From Puniceicoccales bacterium (GTDB lineage Bacteria; Verrucomicrobiota; Verrucomicrobiia; Opitutales; LL51): a DNA stretch of 32,000 nucleotides. The notes beneath the pieces were generated by a model. The model saw only the letters and a program-made list of their open reading frames with translations. It ran no database searches and had not been told where the DNA came from. The stretch spans positions 30,001 to 62,000 of the forward strand of contig JAITBP010000003.1 of NCBI GenBank assembly GCA_031283585.1. Reading direction: 5' to 3'. The position numbers and the translations under genes are program-made. How positions within the stretch are numbered: position 1 is the first letter of the stretch; each line of letters opens with the position of its first letter. Of the stretch, positions 1 to 12,000 are shown piece after piece.

Positions 1-6
1 AGAAAC

Positions 7-3000
7 ATGCAACCACTGGACATGGTCAGTGGCAATAACAATGCTGTTAAGATGGTAAACATGGTGGCCGGTGCCTATAATAGAATTATCGAAACATTGA
101 GGCTCTATACTAATAATAATGAGGTACTGGCATTGTATTTAGATGCGCTAATAACCTGTTCAAATAATCGCACGGAAGCTAATTTAGATTCATTAAAATC
201 CGCCTTTAATAATCTCGCCGATAAGTTTTTCGGTTCAGATGGAATTAAGAAAATGCTGAATGATTACAAGGATGGGTTATCTGGCATTGGTGCGGATAAA
301 CTAAATGCGGTCAAGGGCCTGATTGGTGATATGACCCTGGCGCTGGATAGCCACAAACAAGAGATGCTAGGGTTAATAATCGATGCTTTATATCCAAATT
401 GGGCAACGAATTCCGAGCAATATACAAATTCCAAGGCGTATATCTCTACTAACCCATTGTCATTATCAGGAGATGTTATCAATAGTATGCTGAACGAAAT
501 GGAGGTTAATCTGTGGCTGAGAGATGGAGATGAATATTCCTGGGATGAAATAATAAATGATGTGCTTACGGCCAACCCCTACCACGAACCGGTGGGTGTT
601 GTTAACAGAACCATGAAGGATGCGCTTGCTGATATCTATGCAAGGATTTCTGCGTGTTCATCGAATTGTAATTCGATGAATGGTTTTATTAACAACATAA
701 CCAATGCATCGCTGAGCAGTGCCTCGAGTGCCATAGAGAGCGCAATAACCAACATATCTTTATTTTCTCCAGTTTCACCGGTTACAAGCTATCCACCTGG
801 CTATTTAACTAACGATATCAAAAAAGATGCCTATATAGCCAACAGTCTTGCCGGGGTATGGAATGGAGCTTTAGCTGCGTGTACATCAGAAAATGGGTTA
901 ATTTCAGCTCTTGCTGCCTATAAAACTGCGTTGGATAATTATGCCGGCTCTTCTTCTACTGCTGACCTCGACGCGGTAATGGAAGCCTATAATACTCTAA
1001 GTGAGGTATTGTTAACCATAACTACGCAGATCAATGATTCGGTAATCCAGGAAGGATATGTCCAGAGCGAAGGCATAACCCTTAGCGCTGAGGATGTTTC
1101 AAAAGCAAACGAGATCATAGCCAGCTTTGGAAATGTATTCAGTCGTTTAAATAAGATGCACTTCATGTATATTTTACAAGAACGTGAAAAGGATGGCAGT
1201 TGGCTGAATTATGAAGGTATAGATCGGGTTATTAACATCATAAATAGTAGTACTATTTTCACGGATGTGGAAAAAGCTAGCCTGATTATTAAAGTTGGTG
1301 GCAAGGTTCCATGGACACCAACGACGTCATCGAGATCGCTAGATGAAATCTTTGACTATTGTATTCCGCCTATTGATTTATCCAGTCTTAATTTTGGTAG
1401 TAATTATGAATTTCTCCATATTTACTCTGACGACATCATAAAAGTGTTGGCTACTAATAGGGATCAAGTTGCCAGCAAATTGGGTGATTGGACTGGTTCG
1501 CTTCGGTCGGCATTGGACCATAGTATGTTTAGCCTTAATAGGGCTAGTGTGCCAACTGTTAGTAGGCTAATAAATGATATAACTTATCTAATTGATGGTG
1601 ATTATAGGACCGCATTGTTAGAGTATGCCGATGTCTATGGTACCGGTAATCCATCCGAGAATGAGAAGAGGCAAGCACTAGCCTCAGCAATAAATGGATT
1701 AATGACCCTGGTGGATAGATGTAAAAATGAAAGATCAATCGAGGATGAAGATATAATAAGGTACTATGTTGGTGCCGAAACCAATATCGATCTCTTCTAT
1801 TCAACAACATATGATATACTCAAAAGATTAGTAAAAGGGATGGTTGTGGCCCAAAATGCTGTAATAGTGCCTAACTGGTCTAAGGGTATCGAACCAGTTG
1901 TTGATAATATAAATGATAGTACTATTTTCACATATACAGAAAAAGTTGCCCTGATTACAGAACTTGGTGGTAAGGTTCCAGGGACATCAACGACGTCATC
2001 GAAGTCGCTAGCTGAAATTTTCATCGAGGTAATGCCCACTATTGACCGAACGGTATCAGAGATTAGAGGGACGATCCCAGGCATTGATGAGCTGGACAGT
2101 CAGAATCCCAGCGATGGGGCTGTTATTGATGCCATAAATTTACTCCTTGGAAATATTACAGCTGTCAAAGATCTTATTGAAGATATTATGAAGCTGCTGG
2201 CCAACGGTAAGAGTCTTGATACATTGGATGATAAATTTTATGAGCTTGGTAATCTATTGACATCTCAACAAGCCCTTGAGTATGCTAATGTGGGCGACCT
2301 TTCCAGTGATAGGAAAATAGGAGCGGTTTTTGTAGTAAACAAGATTGTAGAACTATTTAACCTGGCTGGTTCTGAAATAAAGTCTAGTGGGAGCATTAAT
2401 GATTACAAGGATGCATTGTTAGCCTATGCCCAGGTCTACGGCACCGGCGATTCATCCGAAAATGAGAAGAAGCAAGCCCTTGAATCGGCCATGGATGGAT
2501 TAAACTCGATGTTCGGCGACATTAGTTTTTATATCTTTGGTAGGAAGAGTGTTGACATTGGGATGGGTACCGGTAGCGAGGCTGTTTTTAATTGGGGTAA
2601 TTCGTCCATTAATGTAAATAATGATTATGGAAGAGCGAGAGATGCCGCAAAGAATATAGGTTTCATGTTCATGGATACATTCGGAAGGCTACCGATGGGG
2701 ATAGCCGTAGCCCAAAATGGTGCGATAATGCCAGACTGGTTTAAATCTGACGATTTAAAAAATGTACTAATCAATGCATTGAGAAGTACAGGCGACTATC
2801 TCAATTTGGGTCGCTTATTCGATTATTATAATAATGAAAAAGAATCCATTATAGAAGCTATCCTTGCCCAACGGCCAGTGCCCGCTAAAAATCAGGACCA
2901 GCCATCGGGCCCGCTGGGCGGTGGTAAGGTTGTGATGCCGGACTCGCTAGCTGATGTCTTTGATGATTGCATACCGGCTATTGATTTATCCAGTATATCA

Positions 3001-6000
3001 GGCCTTAGGGAAATGATAGGTAATGAGGAGATGTTTAATGAGCTGTCAGAATTGTTCACAGCTGTAGATAATGCCCTCGGAGAGGTTCGAAAATCAATGA
3101 CCAGCGGTCAGGATGAGAATGATTTAAAAGAGAAGATTAGCGATTTTAAAAGCCTTATCTCTCCTATTGATTCAAGTTCACTATTCTATGCGAAGATGAA
3201 TAGAATACAGGAATTGCTTTTAGGTCTTACTGAAAAGGAGCAATGGGCGGTAGCTGCGGTTTTTAATCCTCTTAACGATTTAGTTCAACAGCTATATCTT
3301 GATTATGATACCGAGTTCGACAATAGTTGCTATAGTTATAAGCACGAATTATTATATTATCTCAATAATCCAGATGACCCACATAGTGATGATCAAGTTA
3401 ACTATGAAATGGATATCCTAATTCAATGGATGAACTCAACGATAGAGCATATTGAAAGACATATCAACGATTATGATGGGTTTAATGATGATGAAAAAGA
3501 AATCGCACTCAAGTCCAGTGGCGTATACAAGGATATACTCCAAAGGTTTATTAAGGGAGTATTTTTGACCCAATATGATCTAATAATGCCCGATTGGGTT
3601 AACTCCACCGAATCAGTTGCTGATAATATAAATGATAGTACTATTTTCACAAATGAAGAAAAAGCTGCACTGATTGCGGGAATTGGTGGTAAGGTTGTGG
3701 ATACAGGCTCCCTGGCTGCAGTCTTTGCCAATTGTATTCCGGCTGCTAATTTATCCAGTCTTAATTTTGGAGAAGAGCATGGTGACCCAAAACAAGACCT
3801 TAAAAAGCTCAATGGTGCCTTTGATCGTATTATAGAATTGTTAGATACTAACAAAGATCAGTTTGCCAATAAATTAGATGGTAGAATTGATTCGTTCAAG
3901 AAAGCATTGAAGGGTACGGTACTTAGGGATCTTTATTTTGGCAATGTGATGGACAATGTGGCTAACGTAATTGCTGGTCCATATAAAGACGCATTGTTAG
4001 AGTACGCCAATGTCTATGGTACCGGTGACCCATCCGAGGATGAGAAGAAGCAAGCCGTTGAATCAGTACTATATGAATTAATGGACCTGTTGGATAGGTG
4101 TAAAAATGAAGATCCACATTTGTATGAAGACATAATCAAAAAGGAATTTGGTTATGGAGTTGATGCCAGACTCTTCTATTCAACGGCGTGTGATGTGGTC
4201 GAAAGATTTATAAAAGGTATAGTTGTGGCCCAAAATGCCGTAATAGTGCCTAACTGGACTAACTCTATCGGATCAGTCATTGATAATATAAATGATAGTC
4301 TTTATTTAAAAGAGTCGGAAAAAGCTGCCCTGATCACGGACCTTGGTGGTGGTATGGCGCCGAGGTCGCTGTCAAAGATCTTTGACGATAATTTCCCAGA
4401 GGTTGGCCTATTATCCGCCGTATCCAATCTTGAACCCATGCTGGGATCTGCTGCCACGGCTGCTACGAAAGAATTTCTCGCAAGGTTCGATGGTTCTCTG
4501 AAAGGTATGCTAGAAGCAATGTTTGATGGCAGTCAATCTGACGCTGATTTTAGTGCTAATCTCGCAGAGTTTAACAATGTACTTTTTGGATTATCTTCTT
4601 ACACATTTATGCTTTCCACCCCTATATATAATTTAATTAATGATAACTTTTCTGAAGATGAAGTAGCCAAAGATAAAGCAAAAGACATAATATATGAAAT
4701 TAAAAGTGCTTTCAATTACATGACTCCTAATAATTTTCTTATTAATAATTATAGGAATGCATTGTTAGCCTATGCCCAGGTCTATGGCAGCGGTGATCCC
4801 TCGGAGGAATCCAAGAGGCAAGCCTTTGAATCAGAGCTGAATATTATACTTAACAATATAACCTATACTAATAGGATTACCGACAATAGTACCGATTTCC
4901 GTCCTGGCAGTCTAACTAAATTTAGTCAAGATGAAATAGAACTCATACTCAATGTTCGCTATGCAATCACTGCCACGTTAACAAGATTTATGAGAAAAAT
5001 ACTTGTAGCCCAATACGATGTGCTAACTCCTGACTGGTTTAGATACGATAGATTAAAGCAGATCTTAAAAGATAAGATAGGCGGATTAGATTATAAAACT
5101 ATTTCTAATTATTATGACTACTATGAACAATATTATGAACGCATGCTGGGTGAGCCCTATAAGAGTAAAATCGCTGATGTTATAGCTGCTATTGATGCTC
5201 CTGTTTTTGCAGATCCGATGGCGGTGAGGTCGCTGGCAGAAACTTTTGACGATAATGTGCCAGAGATCGATCTAGATGCAAGATTTAACACATCGGTTTT
5301 TAAAGGCATACTGGGCTCATCTACTGCCACGGCCGCTCTGAAAAGAATGATAGTAGGGTTAAGCAATACCCTGGAAGGTGTCCGAGAATCGATGACTGCT
5401 GACAGTCAATCTGGTACGGACCTAAATGATAAACTCATAGACTTTTTGAAGGCAATTAGTAGAGAAAACTTTGGCACCATAAAAAATTTAGTTCCGTCCG
5501 AATTTTCAGTTAAGGCAGCTTATGCATTAGACTGGCTTGGAGATGCTTTTAATCATAATAGGTTGCTGCGCTTTACTGATAATATAGAGCAAACTGTAGA
5601 GCAAATTAAGACTAATATTGACAATTATACCTGGGCAACCAATGTTAAAGCTTATAGAGCTGCGTTGGTGGACTATGCCCAGGTCTACGGCAGCGGTGAC
5701 CCATCCGAGGAGACCAAGAAGCAAGCCTTTGAATCAAAGCTAGACTCGGTAATTGATGATATACTTGGCCCTAGAAATATCATAATAAATCAAGATATTA
5801 GTAACATGTATGATCGCCAAGGGGCCGAGCTATTCAGTGATACCGAAAAAATGGCCGTAAAAGATGTCTTTACCATAATCTGTGACATATTACAGAGACA
5901 CATAAGAAAGTTATATATATCACAATACGATGTGCTAATTCCAAACTGGATTGAATCCGACGAATTAAAACAGACATTGGCAGATGAGATATTAAAACGG

Positions 6001-9000
6001 GAATCACTATTTGATAAAAATAACCTCGACGCTATTATGGCTGTTGTCCAAAAGCCGGTGCCAAAATTTACGGACATGATAAGAGAGCTTATGCCATCGG
6101 ATAATCTGTATGACCTGTCCAATGACTTGGTTGATAGCGTTGATATCAAAAGTGATAGCCTGGCTCTTATCGATGAATTCGCCACCCCATTACTGAATAA
6201 TATCACTAAACTGAATTCTGTAATGGAACAGCTATGCAATGTCACCACGAGACAAGATATTAACGCCGTAAACATCAATATTGATCAACTTGACGACCTA
6301 TTAATTATCAACAATTCCATCTATGAAAAATACGCTGGTTATAAAAATGTGGTCAACGACCTTATCAATAAATATAACACGGTGCTTGGTAGTATCCAGT
6401 CCAGTGAACTGTCAGCCTACACAACGACTCTAAGCACCTACCTTAGTAATAAAAATGAAACCAATCTTACGGAGCTTAATAATGCATTCACTGGTATGAT
6501 TGAGGCGGTTAACGATATTATTCCGAGCCTAAATACAAGTCCGAGTGATTTGAGTAGCCTGGCTCCCGATGAAAGGAGTAGATATGACGAGGTCGTAAAT
6601 GTGCTGAAGGAAACGTTACGAAAGCTGGAGGCTGGTCTGTTCACATCGATTAACAAAGCAATATATGGTGATATCCGCTCGACCAATGAAGCCATCTGGG
6701 ATGGCATTACTGGCGAATTGGTTGAATATATTAAGAAATACATGGAGACTTCGCAGGTTGCGACGATCTCCGGTCAACTAACCATTAACAAAAGATTCAT
6801 ACCAAGGGATGGTAATATTTCCAGTCTTTGTACCATCGCGAGCAGTTTGACCACTCCTGTGGAGTTCACAACCCTTGAAAGCGAAAATCTAGAAGATGCA
6901 GGTAGTCTGACCATGAAAAAAGGAATGGCTTACTACACCGACATAGTACGAGAAATGGCAGATGGTCTTGTCGATGCCACAGGTAACATAATCAATGGTA
7001 TAGATAACGGTACAATTTTCACTAACATAATAGCAAAGCTAGGGGCCGACATTACAATTCAAAGCCTAAACGATGTGGATAGCTCATATGCGGACGCCAT
7101 TACGTTGCTAGGTGATAGCCTTAAAGCAATTAGCCCAGAATTATCTGCGTTAGATACAACCCTAGGTAACACATCGGGTAACCCTATCGAAATAAACAAT
7201 ACGGTGATAACGACCCTGAGAGCCATATATGATAAATTGCAACAACAGATACAGGGTGCTGGTTCTGCACCACAGATCAAAGCTGTAGCGGATTTATTGC
7301 AGAATATGTGCGATTTTATCAAAAGAGCACAGGTTGAAATGTCATTGATGATTCTTCAGCGGGCCTACACTTCCTGGGCGGTGGACGATAACGTTAGGCA
7401 GAGCTTTGTTGATAGTTTGAGTTCGGAACAAGAGCGTAGTCAAATAATCGACGAAGATTTCCTTAATAGTATTATAGCGAGGTTAGACAATTATTCGAAT
7501 CTAAGGTTAGTCGACATGTTTATGCCAGAAATAACTAACTATGGTGAAGGTTTTATAACTGGTACAAACAGCATGTCGCGGTGGGCTATGCCGATCCAGT
7601 CAGGCGATGTTAAAAACGGCACTTTGGGTAATATAAGGACCAATATAGCAACTCTTGGTTCGTTAATGTGGAACATCATATCTTCAGCCAATCAGAATGA
7701 TATTTTGGATGATATTTCCAGTATTGCTAGTCTACCGCGGTTGAATAGTTTAACGGATCCAGGAGATTTGTCTGCAGTAGCAGTCGGTGCTATGGATAAA
7801 ATCAACAAAGCCGTGGCTGCCTATAATGCTGTTATAGACAAGTTTAAAACGGATGTAGATGATACTTTTGTAAAAGCTCTAAAGGATTTCTATTCTAACA
7901 TGGCCGGTGATATACCCTATAAGGATTTGATTGATAAAATTAATGAAATTTTGGCTTCAACCGCCACTATTGGATCGGTAGATGGTGTGGCAGAGATCTT
8001 CAGGAGGTTTGGCTGTGGTATCGTGATGAATTATCTCCAGGCCAAATATCCTGACTGGAATTACAATGAAGATTCATTGGCTAAGGTACGTGAGGTTCTG
8101 TTTGATGCGCTTAATATAGAAAATGCCACAGAAGCCATAAAAGATTATGCCAAGCTGGCCAACGGTGAGAAGGACATAAATCTGAAAAGTGGCCCACATA
8201 TTATGGGAGATGCGTCCAAGATCAAGCGGCTGCTTTCAATTATAAAGCCATACATAGGTTATATGAAAATAACCGATTCGGTTTCTCGCCTGGAAATGCC
8301 AATTGGTAGTGGTAATTTTGTTACCGTCGATGACTCCAAAGGTTGGTACTATAAATCGCAAGATATAGAAGAGGATGTATATTACGATGTGAATCAAAAA
8401 AATAAATTTATAAACATCGGCGGTACTATGTATGAACTGCTGAACAATGGAGTTGCTGTTTCTTTGCAAGACAATGGGGATGTATTTCGTGTTTTTAGCC
8501 CGGAAGTAAGATATAATAGCACTAGGGAAATAGCTCAAGATGGTAACTATGTGCTGTGTGAAGATGGTGAAATTAGATTAGCCAGTAGCCTATGTTTTAA
8601 GGTAAGATCACCGGACGACAACATCGAATATAAGCCCTATAAAAAGCTTTCTGATGAGGCCATTCGAGATACAACGCCTGGCCAGTCAAAAAACAATGAA
8701 TATCCTGTTTATTACCAAGCAACCCACCGAGGGTATAACGCCGTTGATAAAGACAAGTACCCTGATATGAACGATCCGGCCAGGGAAGCTAAGGGTGATT
8801 ATTATATCTACTCGGAAGGTGTCTACATAAAGGCAGATGATCCATATCAACGGTATATTATGGATAAAGGTGTTTATTATAAAGTCATAGCCAATGGAGA
8901 GAATAATAGCTTGCTAATTGAAGATGGTTCTTTCCATGATGTAGACAGTAACACGGTATTTTTCTATTCTTCCAGCATTGGAGATAAAATATCTTTTGGA

Positions 9001-12000
9001 TCGATTTTGTATCAATGGACGAACGACACTGAATATGTGACCAAAAGCGAAGTAGTGGTGCCGGTGGAGTACGATACACATGTAAAATACAATGAACAGG
9101 ATAAGGATTTTACGATTAGCAGCAATAAGGTGTATATAAGAAGCGGTGACGATTACATCGAAATAGGTAATCCAAATGACTTATTTATTGTAGATTCTAA
9201 TGAAAAAGAAAGAAGAGTGGAGTTTCCTGGCCGTAAATATGTGGAGGAAGGAAATAACAACTATCTTTATGTTCCAAAAATTTCCGATAGATATACCTGT
9301 TTGGTGAAGAATGATACAGCTCAAGATAGTCAGGTCATAAAAGTTAGCGGTGGATTTATCAATCCAGCTAAGGCTGGTGGCAATTTAGTTTATGGTTCAC
9401 TTGAAAGTGCCACTGATGGTAACCATGTGCTTGGGTCTGATGGTGGCTATTATCCGTTGAGTTCTGTAAAAATAAGAGCAGGACTAGAAGAAGAAAATGA
9501 TATAGATTTCAATGGCGCCAAATATTGGTATAACGACAGAGAGCTTGCCATAACTAATTGGACAGCCTATGATTTGCAGAATGTATATGCCAAGGATTTG
9601 TATGTAAAAAGTGGTGATAATGTTTCTAATTCACCAATGATGACCGGAACCACGGTTACTCCGATTAGGGAAGAGAATGGCGAATATTTACTGGGTAGTA
9701 ATGGCGTATACTACAAAAAAAACGATACCTCGTTGGTCTGGTATGTAGATTACAATAGTAATAACCATAATCCGGCGAGTAATTCTATTTATGTTTTGGT
9801 TAACGGCACAGCTGAAAAAGCGGTAAATGTCGCTAATAGCAAGATCACCGAATACTGTAAATTTAACAGTGCTTTTTACGAAATAAAGACCGTTCCGGCT
9901 AAAGAACAAAAAATCACATCAAATAATAAGACTATTATCCAGGGCCAGAGATATATCGAGGTTAACGGCTCTATAGTGCAGGTTACCGAGGCCGATAGTA
10001 TATATGTAAGATCAGGCTCTGACGCAGCTGCGGAGTATCATAAAATATCAGGAACCGATGCTGTTCAATTGAAAGTCAAACTGGCAGGCGGTAATCTAGA
10101 GAGCTGGATGACCGGTGTGGTTGGTATAAAGGATGGAAAATCCATAAGTTTCTCGACAGCAGATGGATACTATAATTTCAAAGACGTTAATGTTCGGGAT
10201 GAAGATGGCGCATTACAAAAATTGTCGGCTCTCAAAATATCCATTGGTGGATTTAATTATGATGCTGTCGATGACCTGGGGAACAGCAGGGTATATGTGA
10301 AGAAGGATGGATTAGCCGAGACCATGGTGCAGTATCCTGGTGTGCAATATAACCCAAGAGAAAATGCATCTGGTACACACGTAAAATTTGATAATAGGTA
10401 CTACAATTTGACCAATGGCGAAATTGGCTTAAAAGTTCAATATAAAAACGATATCGGCACGTCTTCCTATTATGATTTGCCTAATAATGTACCGCCAACG
10501 GTTTACTACCTGGACGAAAACATACCTCCTCTAACAACGTCGGACCTCTATAACCAGAAAACCATCAATGCCACCTCGTTTAATCAGGGGGAAAAGTCCT
10601 ATACATCAACTATCGTCGGCAGAGAAGATGTCAGGGTGATGGAGGACGCTAAGTATTATAAACATAGCGATGGCCAATACTACAAAGTGAATGTGGCAAC
10701 GGCAACTATTAGCAGTGATGTAGCGGCTGGTGATAAATATTATGTAAAAGATAATGTATCTTTCAAGATTGACTATAGAAACATAGATAGCCTATATAGT
10801 GTCAATAACTTTGCTGTTGATGGTAAATACTATAGAGATGATGACGGGAAGTTATACGAACTAAAAACAGCAACCATGGCCATTGGCTCAACCATAAAGG
10901 TTGGTGACAAATATATCACAAAAGGTACTGAAAATATTAAAGCTACGGACGAAACTAAATTTGGCAATGTCACTAGTCTTATTGATAGCAAGTATTACAA
11001 GCATACGGATGGTAAGCTGTACGAAGTGAGAATAGCAACGGCGGATGATATAGCATCACCGGAGGCCCAGGGTCTAAATCTAAGCGTTGGCAGTAAATAT
11101 ATTGTAAAAAAGAACGATATAATGGATGAATACATCCCGGTCAGTGACGTGACCAGTCTGTGCAATGTTGAATTTTCAGCCGTAAGAGTCGGAGAGAGAT
11201 ACTATGATCTGTCAAAATGTAAGCTTTATATAGGAAAGGCCACTCCGGGTGTCAGTGAGTTGGCCTACACCCAATACAAAGGAACCCCTGAGTTCGAAGG
11301 TTCAGGAAATGACATATTGTATGACAATATATATGTGGAATCCAATGGAAAATATACGAAATTACTCGATAGAGATGAGAACACTGGGCAGGTAAAATAT
11401 TATATGATGAGTGATAGGGATCCAAGTGTTACGCCCATGGCTACATCTGATTCCAACACATTTATATTTGGATCCGATGATGCCTATCATCGTGCTTCGG
11501 ATATCAAGGTAAAGATTGGCGATAAATATTACCTATATAAGGGGCTTTTTGCTGCTATTCCGAGTAGTAGTATGAGCGACTATAAAAAGATCAATTCGCC
11601 GATGGAAAGATTTTCATTCGTGCAAAATACCGAAGATGAGAATTTCATTGGTGAAGATAATTTTGTGAAAGATGTGGACGGCATGTATCACAATAGTGGT
11701 GTGTTTATAAAGGACGGTAGTAATAATGAGGTTGAGATATCAACTGGCAATGAATTTTCTTTCATAGCTAATAATGGTAAGAAGGTTCCAAATCCTGGTA
11801 ATTTTGTTGCGGAGCGCCAAGCCAAAGGTGGTGACTTTATAAAGGTAGGTGATTCATCATATTACAGGACCGATGAATTAAAAGTCAATGTAGGATCTTC
11901 TAAGGAAAAGATCATAGGGTTTTATGCAATAGATTCGCAAGGAACCAAATCCAGTGTAAATGATGTACTGAGCAGATACAAAATAGGTAACCCAGTCGGG

